A DNA stretch of 63,942 bases, counting the filler, from Collodictyon triciliatum (Eukaryota): NCBI GenBank assembly GCA_043381765.1. It is 23 parts of 23 records of this genome, joined end to end, with 100 filler letters (N's around TTAATTAATTAA, not from the genome) between each part and the next. Parts side by side here need not be neighbours in the genome. Positions count along the whole stretch, not along the records: positions 1 to 2,756 come from JBHJMP010008349.1; positions 2,857 to 5,611 come from JBHJMP010008350.1; positions 5,712 to 8,465 come from JBHJMP010008351.1; positions 8,566 to 11,319 come from JBHJMP010008352.1; positions 11,420 to 14,173 come from JBHJMP010008353.1; 18 more parts are not named here. One strand, given 5' to 3'. The first letter of the stretch is position 1; each line of letters opens with the position of its first letter. Positions 1-12,231 of the stretch are shown here, piece after piece. A model generated the notes under the pieces. It ran no database searches. It was not told the DNA's origin and was given only the letters and a program-made list of their open reading frames with translations. The position numbers and the translations under genes were made by a program.

Positions 1-534
1 GGCTGCCTGGGCGCCTGCTTCGGACTCGACGGCACTTTCTATGCCACGAGTCTTTCGCAAAAGTCGGTCTCGGCCTTCTCTGCCAACCCCCAATAACCTC
101 TCTTTCACTTTCTGACTTTGCAACACACCACTCAACAACCAACAAAAAAAAAAAAAGATTTACCCACCAGAATCGTCAATCAGCAACCCTCCTGATTTCC
201 CGTTGCCTGCCCCCGAGGAATAAATAGGCACAAGAAACTAGTCGTTGAGCAAAAAGAAGCGCTGGTGTTGTGGGAAGCTGACTTACCGTTTGCCGTTGCC
301 TCTTCATAACCGGAAAATATAGCATATACGTGCTCACGAGATATCAATCGCGCAGATATCACCAAAACGCCACCATTCTATACGGCTGCGCCTCGTTGGT
401 CAGTTATAGGTGTGGCATATTGTTGGGGAACCAGCTTCTTCCGTTCTCGCCATTCATATCACCACAAACCACGTAGATTTGGGTGGATGGGTGGGTTATT
501 TATTCAGTGGCAATGTGCTCTGCTTCGATTTATG

Positions 535-1078
535 ATTTCTTTTTTCCTTTATTCGATTCATAGCGCAGCGAGGATATTTCATATAAGGAGTGAGAGAGGT
601 GCACATGGTAGAGAGCAAACGTGAGCAAGAGAAGACGCTACTGTGAAGTTAGCACAGGAAAAAAAAATCAGTAATAGCGAGTGTGTCAGATGGGCGGCCC
701 AACTGGTTGATTGGCTGTGTGGGTAGCAGTGGGTGAATATGCTGTGGGAGATATCGCAAGATACACTCCCATATGTCTCTTCGTTTGCAGTCAGAGTAGC
801 GAAGGATGCGGGCGTGTTTCAGAAGGTTCAGTAAAGATAAACGCCGAATGCCGCTGCCACACAGAATAGGTGCTCCTGAGTTGAAGTTTGGAAGATGAAC
901 ATCTGAATCGATGAGCAGGAATATATGATGTATTGCAAGTATATGTAATCCTTGACAAGAAAAAGAGACGATACATTGCTGAATACTTCTTGGGTGTAAT
1001 TATCTGTGTCTGGGTCCCAAAAGCACCTGCAAGCCATTCTTGTAGGGAGTTGGAAAAACGAAGTTGTGACAAATTGAC
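535..1078 (-). mobile_element. Probable 5'-truncated non-LTR retrotransposon remnant carrying the family 3' tail
   Basis: On the minus strand it ends in ...CTATGAATCGAATAAAGGAAAAAA, the tail also seen in the micro-insertions. The upstream minus frame has YSVWQRHSAFIF, loosely like the W-x2-RN-x2-IF motif at the end of LINE ORF2. The 5' boundary is uncertain. Confidence 0.4.
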
Positions 1079-1080
1079 GG

Positions 1081-1410
1081 AGAAGAGGAAAAGAGAAAAA
1101 AGAGAAAAAAAAGAAAAAAGAGAAAAAAGAGAAAAAAGAGATGAAAAAAGAAGGAAAAGAGGGAAGAGAAGGAAAAGAGAGAAGAGAAAGAAAAGAGAAA
1201 AGAGAGAGAAAAGAGAAAAGGGAGAAAAGAAGGAAAAGAGAGAAAAGAGGGAAAAGAGAGAAAAGAGAGAGAAAAGAGAGAGAAAAGAGAAAAGGGAGAA
1301 AGCAGGAAAAGAGAGAAAAGAGAGAAAAGAGAGAAAAGAGGGAAAAGAGAGAAAAGAGAGAAAAGAGAAGGAAAAGAAGGAAAAGAGAGAAAAGGGAGAA
1401 AAGAAGGAAA
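1081..1410. repeat. Purine-rich (GA/GAAA) low-complexity tract
   Basis: Degenerate AGAGAAAA-type repeats that generate spurious K/R/E and F/S/L ORFs. Confidence 0.9.
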
Positions 1411-2756
1411 TGGACATGGAAATGGGGAGGAAAAGCGTTTTATTAAATGCAGATTTGATCTAATATTCATGATGGTATGATTTTTTATATTTGCTTTCAA
1501 TTCGTGGGATATTATAACATTTGGTCTTGCTCTTCAAGAAGTGTGATATTGATTGAGCACATAAGATTAACCGTACAGCGTAGTGAGAAGATGGCTTACC
1601 TGACTCCCTCTCCTCTCTGTTCTCCAATAACAACCTGAATGATGTATTTGTATCGCTCCAACTGCATGTCTATGATTTATGATATGACTGTCATTGAGAT
1701 AATTGATTTGATGAAGATGGATTGTTTTCTATGGTTTTTTTTTGTTCCACTTGAAATCCCGAAAGATGGAGCATTAATGAATACCTTTCAGTCGTGTCTT
1801 TATTTCGTCACTGATTTCACGTGCCCATTGAGATGTATGCTCTGGATGATATTGGAGTCCACTAAGTTTCTCGTTGAGAACTGCACGTATGATCTCTTTC
1901 ACAACGGCTGGGCGGAATCTGAGAGATGAAACATGAGTAAAGTGCCGCAGCCAAGTGTTGAGGGACCAGATAGGTATATGAATCGATTATCTTCGCTTTC
2001 GAGATATTCATTCTCGAGACTTTTTGGTTTTAATAGAATTGAATAATGAAAAGGGAAAGAAAAAAAACAACAGAGTCAGGAAAAGATTTGAAACCGGTCC
2101 TTTCTTTCGCTTGAGCGTGGAGTGAAATGTGAGAATAAGGCAAAAAAAAAAAAAAGATATACTTTTTCTGGTAGTTTGGGCGAATGACATAGCTGTTATC
2201 CGCCGCAGAGTCGAGGACGAGTTTTCGATCAGCCATGATATGCTCTTTTTATTTTCTTTAATATGTACCTAGAAAAGTGACGTTTACCGTTTAGCGATGA
2301 ATAAGTCAAGGTTTAAGTGCTACTGATTGGTATGGTTCTGGATGAAAGAGAACGGAAGTAAAGAAAATCCATAAGGCTCTTAAGGCTAGTCCTATGTGTA
2401 AAGGAGGCGATCTTTTCTCTTTTCTTTTCTTTTTTCTTTTCTTTTTTCTTTTCTTTTTTCTTTTCTTTTTTCTTTTCTTTTTTGTTCTTTTTATTCTGTT
2501 CTTTTTTTGTTCTTTTTTGTTCTTTTTTGTTCTTTTTTGTTCTTTTTTTGTTCTTTTTTTGTTCTTTTTTGTTCTTTTTTGTTCTTTTTTCTTTTCTTTT
2601 CTTTTTGTTCTTTTTTTGTTCTTTTTTATTTGTTCTTTTTTATTTGTTCTTTTTTATTTGTTCTTTTTTATTTGTTCTTTTTTATTTGTTCTTTTTTTGG
2701 TTCTTTTTTGGTTCTTTTTTTGGTTCTTTTTTTGTTCTTTTTTTATTTGTTCTTTT

Positions 2757-2856
2757 NNNNNNNNNNNNNNNNNNNNNNNNNNNNNNNNNNNNNNNNNNNN
2801 TTAATTAATTAANNNNNNNNNNNNNNNNNNNNNNNNNNNNNNNNNNNNNNNNNNNN
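2757..2856. other. Artificial contig spacer (N44 + TTAATTAATTAA + N44), first of 22
   Basis: Identical 100-nt spacers with stops in all six frames start at 2757, 5612, 8466, 11320, 14174, 17028, 19881, 22736, 25658, 28510, 31361, 34211, 37059, 39908, 42755, 45602, 48448, 51294, 54140, 56986, 59829 and 62671. Intervening contigs shrink from about 2756 to 2742 bp. Confidence 0.98.
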
Positions 2857-2857
2857 A

Positions 2858-3520
2858 ATGCTTAATATCACCAATAGGGAGCTATGGATAGGCACACGCG
2901 CGGCAAAAGCTGGCAAAGTCTCCCAACAATGCACACTTTGCAGCAACGGTGATGAATCCATTGAGCACACATTTGTGCAATGTCCTTTCGCTCAAAACCT
3001 GCGCGAAACAGTCGGTGAGATTCTCCGACTGAAACTCAAGACGGCTGCAGCTGTTGGCCCAATCCAGGCGATATTTGGGCCTCTGCAAAAGCTGCGACCA
3101 GATGCAAAAACACTCTGGGCAGTGACGCGAGGCCATTTGCTATGGACTATGTGGATAGCACGTATATACCCACGCAAAGCAAGACTCAACAACCAGCCAC
3201 CCATTCCTGATAACAGGCTTAATGACATCATACAAATCTCTTTCCTCAATAGCTTCTTCGCCACCTGCACGTTCTCTACTACTCCGACCCCGTGAGAAAA
3301 GACATGTGGAAAGAAGCTGAGAAGGATATTAAACCTCGCCTTGTATCTCTCATGCAAGCACAAAACCCAGGATTCAGGCCAAATCGTAGGATGCAATTCC
3401 TGATTACCGACTACTTCTCCGCCACCCGGCCACCAAGTAGCGCCCATGCAAACGATGGCTAGCGAACCAAAGCCAAAAACCTCTACCATCTTGAACAAAT
3501 TAAAAGAGAAAATAAAAATC
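2858..3520 (+). mobile_element. 3' end of an L1/Tx1-like LINE (zf-RVT region of ORF2, 3' UTR, A-rich tail)
   Basis: CTLCSNGDESIEHTFVQCPFA matches the C-x2-C-x5-E-S/T-x2-H-x4-C zinc finger found after LINE reverse transcriptases. It is followed by LWTMWIAR and an A-rich end near 3500-3520. Confidence 0.8.
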
Positions 3521-6072
3521 AAATCAAATGAAATTAATTGGTCATGTTAATTATTTAGGAATTAGATGGAGACCTTTGAATGCCCAATATACCTTATTTG
3601 ACTATGAAGTAATGTGGCCACTATTAATGACTTTGCTGTAAAAAAAAATTAATCAGATGGCGCAAATGCTTTTATTTCCCTCATTTTTCGCAAATATGTG
3701 ATTGAAATATTATGCTTTTTATTATTATTTGTCTATTTCGTGTTCGATTATAATATCATCATGAATTTGAAAACTGAATTTCAGTGATGTATTTAGAATA
3801 ATTTTATTCAATATTTTCAATCAAAAAATTAATCTTAAAAGGAATAATTTTCTTATTGGTATCAAAAGTGTCTGGAGATTAACCTTTCATTTTTCCTGGT
3901 TTTCCTAGATACAGGTTACTTAATGTGGAGTCAGAAGTTATGAAGGAATGATGATAACATTATCATATATATAAAAACAACGAACTGAAGAGAGATAATT
4001 GTCATTCAATGTCACTATACTAGTTTATCTACAAAGAGTGATGGATGATTGCTTAAAGCGCGTCAATATTTCACTATTCTTCGTTTAGTGATATTATGAA
4101 TTATTTCAATCTCAAACTATGACATACATATAAATTATACTTAAGTTTCAATGATTTTATATAGCACTCTGAATCTTGAAGGTCATAGCAAAACGAGACA
4201 AAAAAATCAAAGAAACTGTTACATCTGCTGAAACTACTAAGGGGGTAAGAAGTATTTGGATGGAAGGCTTCTAGTTTTTCTCATGAAAAAATGAATAGGG
4301 TTTAAGGAAACAATTTCTAGAGTTTGTAGAAATGTTATGTGTGAGAAACAGTAAGTTTCAATGTTTCCATAATCCTCAAAATCTAATAGAAGAATTATTT
4401 CAATTTATTTGGTTTCATCCTAACAATTTATTGAGAGAATAAAATAGAAGAATTACTCCAATAAATTCGATGCAATAAAATTGAACGAAGCGCGGAGGGT
4501 ATGTCAGCAACAAACCATATTCTATAAATACATAAATTGCTCTACTCACAAAAATTTTGACGTTTTGTTTTTTTTTTTTTTACAAAGAAATCAACAATTC
4601 CATTATGCCAAAGGAAACCGACGAAATACCTTGCCGAGCTTGTGGTCACTTCTAACATGAAAGTACTTTATCTACTTATGCATATTCTATAGTATGATGT
4701 CCTTTTTACTCAAGCACAGCTACCTGCTCGAAAACCCCGTGACTCAGTGTGCCGCCTTAACACCACCCATACCCGACTCGACTGCAACTGTCCACTTGGA
4801 AAAAGCTCATCTTAGTCCGCACAAAATATTGCCTTGCTTCGGCTGCACTTTTTGATGGTATATGGCGAAGAACATGAAGTGTTTTATTATATTTTTTTAT
4901 AACTCTGCTTTGTCCGAGTGGGAGTGGTCTAACAAACCAAAGCCACCCTCCTCCCTTAGTATGTACAAAAAGGGAAATAGACAAAGATACGCGCGCATAC
5001 ATTATTATATACCTAATCTGGAAAATTAAGATGGTGATTGTCGAACTCATTTTTGCAACAACTTTTTTCTGGTCACAATCACTTCTATCGCTGCACCTGC
5101 TCTTGTATGCCTCCCTGAACCATGGCCATTATGCCCAGTTCTATCGCTCCGTGGATTGGTTCTATTCGAGTTCACCAATAACATTCTCCACCTACGCTGT
5201 AAGCTTGACCTATATGTGTATTTATTGACTTTTGTGGGCAGTCGCAATCAGAGTTTTAGTTGATTTCATACCGATAATGTTCTAAGCTGGATATTAGGCT
5301 CATCTTCCAGTTCTTTCACTCAAACAATCTTGTTCAAAGTATAGAAAGTGGAAAAGTTTCAGTCAGTATTACTGTATTACAGATTTACTGTTCTTTAGTA
5401 CCTCTTATACCTTTTGCACCTTTTTTTTTTACCTTTTATTCCTTTCTATACCTTTTATCCTTTTATCCTTTTATCCTTTTATCCTTTTATCCTTTTATCC
5501 TTTTATCCTTTTATCCTTTTATCCTTTTATCCTTTTATCCTTTTATCCTTTTATCCTTTTATCCTTTTATCCTTTTATCCTTTTATCCTTTTATCCTTTT
5601 ATCCTTTTATCNNNNNNNNNNNNNNNNNNNNNNNNNNNNNNNNNNNNNNNNNNNNTTAATTAATTAANNNNNNNNNNNNNNNNNNNNNNNNNNNNNNNNN
5701 NNNNNNNNNNNATAAGCACTAGGTCGAGTGCGAAGAGGACTTCTCTGCATGATTGACTCACCTCCTTCCAGACCGTATTAGGGTCTTTTCAGTAGGGGTT
5801 GTCGAAGGGATTTCTCCCTCTTGCTTGCAAAAGAAAACCTATGGCTATAAGCTTCCACTCCCTGGTGTCTCTCTCAACCAAGGTCAGGAGTTTTGGCTTC
5901 GTTACCGCAGGTCTTGCAAGTGGATTTGGTCAGCTATTAAAGAGTCTGGAACATATGAAGATTATAATATTAGTGGTATTGAAAATATTTTTCAACGTAT
6001 GTTTTTTTTGTTTGTTTGTAAGGTGCACCAATGTTCAGGTCCAACCCAGAATTTTTTGGTCTGTTCTTAACC

Positions 6073-6145
6073 TCACATCACATCACATCACATCACATCA
6101 CATCACATCACATCACATCACATCACATCACATCACATCACATCA
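6073..6145. repeat. (CACAT)n pentanucleotide microsatellite
   Basis: About 14 tandem copies visible. Confidence 0.95.
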
Positions 6146-6715
6146 CTATTGACGAAAGCAGGAGCTTTGATGAATCCAAGAAGCAACCAGAATAATATAA
6201 TAGTATGATTAGTTTATATAATAATAAGGTTAAAATACTGCAATATCTCATTCTATTCCTGTAATTAATTTATATATTATTTTCCATCGTGTAATTATTG
6301 TTTTGGATTAAAATTCAAAAATACAAGCAAGCCCTTGCGTTAGCCCAGACAGAACCCACCCTATACACCTGCCAGCAAGCATACATTTCAAAAAAGCATA
6401 CTATCCACACTTGCGGTGGTAATCAAATTGTTTGGGGCCGAAATGTTGACTTTCAGTCGCAATGGCTATACGGCCGTCCTTTCGAACTCGCCGAATCGGC
6501 TCCCAGCGTTTTCTCTCAAATCACTTGTAAAAAACTTTGTGTGTTTGTTTGCCACAATGCGCACATTTTGAGAGTATCGGCAGATGCTTAATTTTACATA
6601 AATTGGTTTTATACAGTTATCTTTTTATTTATTAAATCGACTAATTGACTGAAGTTTTATTAAAATTGAAAACTCGGTAGTTCTCTAAAGGAAAAAGCAA
6701 AACAAGGACTTTCAG

Positions 6716-8465
6716 ATGAAGAAAAGGAAACGTCTTGAGTCTGAGAACCTAAAGTCTATAAAACCAGACTATCAAAATGTGAAAACATCTCAAGTCGATT
6801 GTTAAGAATCCGGATGACTATGAAAAAATCATCAATACGGTTTTATTGTGTCATAATTTGGTTACCGACACTTATCTGTTTGCAAGATGTTACATATTGA
6901 AATCATAACAAGCCCTAACCGTGAAATATTTTTTTTTGTACGCTTTAAAGACTACCAGAAAAGTTTCACGGGATAGACCCGCATGATTAAAAAAAACCAG
7001 ATGTGAGCATCACATGATGACTTTTTATCTCCATGATTTTCGATTCCTTTTGTCCCGAGAACGCTTTCCGTTGGTTGGACTATCTCATGTATTACCGTAC
7101 TTGGCGAAGCAAATGTTAACAGCTTATCATAATAACATTAAGGTACATTTTGTAAAGAGGTTACTGTGCTTTATAAATCAAAGTTCCCAAAGATGAGAAT
7201 ATTACGGAAGCTATTAGCGAGTTAACTTAAAAAAGATCTTCAAGAATTCGAAATACCGGAACAATAAAAAGGATGGGCTACAACGCATCTGAATCGTATC
7301 ATTCCCAGCGATATTGTAAAAAGTATCGAATATGATGCCAAAGTCAATGAATCGAATAAAGGAAAAAATGATGCCAAAGTCAATTCAAATAAGCCCATTC
7401 CATGTCTGATTTACATGAATCGCATTTTTGAGGACATCGGAGCCAAACTGTTTCAACCAATCTCTATAAGAACTAATACTATAGCATGTCATATTAGTCT
7501 AGATACTGTATGTTTGATAGGTCTATTAGTATTATCTGGAAAAACATTATTACTGAAGAATATATCAGGATGCAAAGAGACACTATGGGATGAGTTCTTT
7601 GAAATGAAGAAGAGGGTCTTTCATCAAAAAGACTACAACTTTAAACACATGATACAAACAGACGGCTTGGTGGTGTTATTATTGTTTGAAAAGAAAGGTA
7701 TTTCAAATTCAAAACCCAAATTATAACAAAAAAAAACCCCAAGAATATGTTTATTTCAATTAACTTTCCAAAGACCAGTTATCTTTATTAGCGACAAAAA
7801 AAAATTGTTGTAGTGGACGCAGGCAAGTTTAATTTGGTTTACATGGTGGATGAGACAGGTAAGAAATTATGTTACACGGCACACCAAAGAAGACATGATA
7901 GCAAATCTCTTAAAAATCACAAAATACTCATGCACTAGAAAAAAAAAGTACAATTCTTCAGCGATATGCATGGCAACAGATTTACAAAGTGCTTTTTCTT
8001 TTGGTCTCAGGGCTTTTGAAGAGAATCAGCAGTTTGAGATATCAAGAGTATCTTTCATCGATTTAGAGACATAACTGGATTAATATAATTCATGCACGGT
8101 CGATTATGAACAATTTCGAGAATATGCATCTATGAAATCAAAATACCAGATGGAATTTTCCAGATTTTATGAACAAGTAACTTTTCGGAAGATGAGGTGG
8201 AGACATTATGTTAAAACAAAAAGAAGTGAAGAATTATTTATGGACCGAATCAAAAAGACATTTGGCAAGGATGTTGTAGTGGCGTATGGAGACTGGAGTA
8301 GAAAATGTCCGATGAAACATTTAACGCCAACAATCAGAAGAGGGTTACAAAAAATACTATCCAAAAGTTTTGAAACAGTTAGTGTAGATGAATTTAGAAC
8401 CTCCAAGATGTGTTGTAACTGCGAAAAGGAACTGGAATATATGAAACTGAAAGGAAATTCAAAAA
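6716..8465 (+). pseudogene. Degenerate Fanzor1 (eukaryotic TnpB-derived RNA-guided nuclease), cut at the contig end
   Basis: Motifs occur in Fanzor1 order across frameshifts: VKTS.KSIV, YLAKQMLTAYHNNIKVHF, LIYMN...KLFQPISIRTNTIACHISLDT, IQTDG, RuvC-I VVVDAGKFNLVYM (Asp 7816-7818), FRKMRWRHY, VVVAYGDWS, RuvC-II VDEFRTSK (Glu 8390-8392) and Zn-finger CCNC. Several stops and frameshifts are present. Confidence 0.88.
7332..7384 (+). mobile_element. 19-bp retroposon tail insertion with 17-bp target-site duplication (TSD)
   Basis: ATGATGCCAAAGTCAAT (7332-7348) + GAATCGAATAAAGGAAAAA (7349-7367) + ATGATGCCAAAGTCAAT (7368-7384). Confidence 0.85.
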
Positions 8466-9146
8466 NNNNNNNNNNNNNNNNNNNNNNNNNNNNNNNNNNN
8501 NNNNNNNNNTTAATTAATTAANNNNNNNNNNNNNNNNNNNNNNNNNNNNNNNNNNNNNNNNNNNNCTAACCACCGCTTACATAAAGTGGAAGAAAAGAAA
8601 AAAAAAAAAAGAAAGACGAGAAAAACTTGCGATCTGACAGCCACCTCATCCAGGCGACAGGAATCATATTTCTTTTTGATGATGGATTCAATGAGATTAC
8701 ATTCTTCATTGTGTGGTTCAGTGCAGATGAAGGATATTGGGAAACAATCGCACGTGAGTCGTTCAGCTGCTTCGTTGCCGAGCGAAGACGTCCCACCCGC
8801 CAAACTCCCTCTCGGCAGCCGGTGAAAAGACAAGCACACCCGCCAACGCAAAAACCAAAGCCGGCGCGACCCTTGCGGCCCGCACAAGATACAAAGAATT
8901 TCAGTATATCTGGATTTGAAAGACAGAGGATTCACAGAATCCAGACGTTGAATCGCCATTTGTGCAGATGTCAATATCTCAGTTTGTACATTTGCGACCC
9001 ATGAGCATTGAAAATCAGGCGCGTCCTGAAAGGTATAAATTAAATCTCTTTAATGGAATACACGATATATCAAAAGTTCTCATTCGTTTCTACAATCGCC
9101 AGGCTTGTCCGTAGCATTTGTCAGCATCTCGCTTCGTCATACCAAA

Positions 9147-11319
9147 ATGGGGAGTCTAACATTGTCGGACATCCACAAAATTGCCGATGAGTGGAAACCC
9201 GGGCATGTGCGGCCCGTAAACCGGACTTTGCTCATTATCACGGAAAAGCGTCTTTCAGTATTCCCAAATGTAATGTCAGAACTGCGAGACCTACTCAGAC
9301 TCGATTTGAATGACAACATCCTGAGTGTCATTCCTGAATGGATTTCATTGCTGTCCAAACTCGAAACATTTCAAACTTACAACAACAATATCATGACTAT
9401 GCCAAAGACAATATCGAGTCTAGTAAATCTGAAATTACTGCGACTCGATGGAAACAAGATAAAAAGAATCCCAGATGAAATATCACGTTTGACCAACCTT
9501 GTAGAATTTCACCTTTTTGACAATCAAATCACAACTTTACCTAACGGAATATCTCGACTCACAAAATTAACCTCCTTCGGCCTATGGAAGAACAAAATAT
9601 CAGTTATTCCGGACTGGATATCTTGTTTGGCAAAAATGAAAGACTTGTATTTATTTAACAATAATATCATACTAGTCCCAATTGAAATATCGGAATTGAG
9701 TACCATTACATTACTGCGACTCGATGGGAACAAGATAAGAAGAATCCCAGATGAAATATCACGTTTGACCAACCTTGTAGAATTTCACCTTTTTGACAAT
9801 CAAATCATAACTTTACCTAACGGAATATCTCGACTCACAAAATTAACCTCCTTCGGCCTATGGAAGAACAAAATATCAGTTATTCCTGATACAGTATTTT
9901 TTCTGCCCAAGCTGAAGAGCTTATCGATCAACAACAATCAAATTACATCACTTACGGAAGAAATATCGAGATTAAAAAACCTTACCGTTCTTCGCATGGA
10001 CGAGAATATGATAACTGCTCTTCCCGAGGAGGTATCTTGTTTGAGAGTATTGGTTGAACTCCATCTGTTTGACAATCAATTAACATCCATTCCAAATGGC
10101 CTGTCGCGACTGAATAATTTATTGCATTTAAACTTTGACAGAAACAAAATATCGTCTATACCAGATCGGTTGTCATGTCTATCTGTATTGAAGAGCCTGT
10201 CCGTCAGCGGTAATCTTATATCGTCGTTGCCCGATTGGATATCACGTCTGACAAACTTGACTACACTGGACGCTGATGACAACCAAATATCATCTATTCC
10301 AGACGCAGTTTTTTATCTGCCTAAATTAAAGGACCTATATATCAGTGATAATTTACTTACATCATTGTCAAACGAAATATCCCGATTAACTCTCTTGACT
10401 ACTTTAAATATCAATGGGAATCAAATAATAACCCTTCCAGCTGGACTCTTTTGTTTGAGGGAGCTAGTTGAATTCAATCTCTGTGACAATCAAATCTCCT
10501 TATTGCCCAATGATATATCGCGATTGAATAAGCTGACATATATGCTTATTGATCAAAACAAATTAGGTATACTTCCCGGTGGATTATTTTGTCTGAATAA
10601 ATTGAGATACTTTTCAGTAGGCTATAATCTTCTCACATCCTTGCCCAGTGAGATATCGCGATTGACCAACTTGACGTGCTTGCAAATCAATGGGAATCAC
10701 ATATCAGTCCTTCCAAATGGACTATCTCGTTTGCCTAAATTGAACGAATTGATACTTTTTCAAAACCAGTTGTCGATTATTCCTGGTTGGGTTTCTGCTC
10801 TATCGCATCTCTCAACCCTAAGCGTTTGGGATAACCCGGTATGCTTCAAAATAAGATATTTCAACTATAAGTATTGCTATTTCTGCATTTGGTTTATCCT
10901 TCATAATTCATTAGATGACTGAACTGCCTCCTGAAATCGTTCTATTGAGAAAAATGGAAGAGTTGACACTAGAAAATAATCAAGGAGAGGCTGGCATTAC
11001 CCGTGCACCCAAAGGAATATCCAAACTTCCCTGTTGGAAAAACAACACGAAGCCGCAGCCATTTGAAGATACTTTTTGGACGAGGACTTATGCTGAAGCT
11101 CTTAGAAGATTGACTCTCTATGAAACTGTTTGTTTTTTTCTTCTAACAGTCAACGGAATAAATGTAATGTTTTGAATCATCAACCAGAAAAATCATGATA
11201 TCGCATTAAAATTTTATCGTGAAAGGTACAGGACGTGACAAATCCTCCAGAAGCATTAAAATTAGAAGGGAAAATAACATCCGAAAAATCTCGATATTCG
11301 GAAGAAACTTCAACAATCG
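9147..11319 (+). CDS. Leucine-rich repeat protein (over 20 LRRs of 23 aa), 3' partial
   Basis: ATG at 9147. Exon 1 runs to 10838 with repeated LxxLxLxxNxIxxLPxxI. GT-AG intron 10839-10914, exon 10915-11127, and a further exon from about 11226 to the contig end. Confidence 0.92.
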
Positions 11320-11733
11320 NNNNNNNNNNNNNNNNNNNNNNNNNNNNNNNNNNNNNNNNNNNNTTAATTAATTAANNNNNNNNNNNNNNNNNNNNNNNNN
11401 NNNNNNNNNNNNNNNNNNNTGTTTTATGTTTTATTTTTTATGTTTTATTTTTTATGTTTTATTTTTTATGTTTTATTTTTTATGTTTTATTTTTTATGTT
11501 TTATTTTTTATGTTTTATTTTTTATTTTTTATTTTTTATTTTTTCTTTTTTCTTTTTTATGTTTTCATTTTCTTTTTCTGAATAGTACATCTCTTTCTGC
11601 TATCATTTTTATCTGCAACTATTCTCTCTTGTCTTCGCCCACCCCGGAGCAGAATGCAGTCTTTATTGCGAACCCAACTTCATCTCTATCGGTTTTTCCT
11701 TTGTATTTCTTCATCAAACTTAACTATCTGCAG

Positions 11734-12231
11734 GGCGTCATCATATCAGAGAATAAGGAAAAAACTCGCTTTGTCGTTGAAGATGGAACTGGGTTCATCA
11801 ACCTCATATGCGACCAACTTCTCCCAGTCGGACAGTCACTTTTTCAGAAAGGTGCCTGACCTCGTCCTTTGCTGTTTAATGCTTTACAGTATTATTTGTT
11901 TTTAAACTCGTGTTTACTGCTTTGATTATTGTATTATTTTTCTTATGATTTCATCTGTATGCTCCACACAATCCGCAGGAGTCTCTGTCGCCGTGATTGG
12001 ACATGTGACAAAGCAAGGAACAGCGTGGTACATAATCCCGGAAAAGATCACCGATGTATCACAAGATCCAAACAAGGACACGATGTGGATGTTAGAGGTG
12101 ACCTCATTGACCATATCTCTGACATTCATTTCTATCAATCACATCATTTCTATCAGCCACATCATTTCTATCAATCGCATCCATAGGTCATCGAAGGCAC
12201 AATGGACCTCCAGGAGCAAGCCGGCAACTGA
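11734..12231 (+). CDS. RMI2: RecQ-mediated genome instability protein 2 (OB fold), 5' partial
   Basis: Exons 11734-11851, 11979-12097 and 12187-12231 splice in frame. KITDVSQDPNKDTMWMLEV parallels the RMI2 C-terminal motif KMTDLSDNP.HESMWELEV, and a DGTG OB-fold motif lies upstream. Confidence 0.75.

Noticed and set aside
791-1500. K/R/E-rich and F/S/L-rich ORFs, and similar ORFs at many contig ends
   Set aside because: They are largely translations of simple repeats, open in several frames on both strands.
2801-2812. Regularly spaced TTAATTAATTAA palindromic repeats
   Set aside because: Artificial six-frame-stop spacer embedded in Ns. ORFs ending in X..LIN are artefacts.
6400-6570. Possible small Cys/His giant-virus-like ORF (CAHCGK...YHRKC) divergent from the Fanzor
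   Set aside because: It contains an in-frame stop and the resemblance is too weak to support without a search.
5712-11319. Fanzor next to an LRR gene as a defence locus
   Set aside because: They lie on different contigs separated by a spacer, so adjacency is meaningless.
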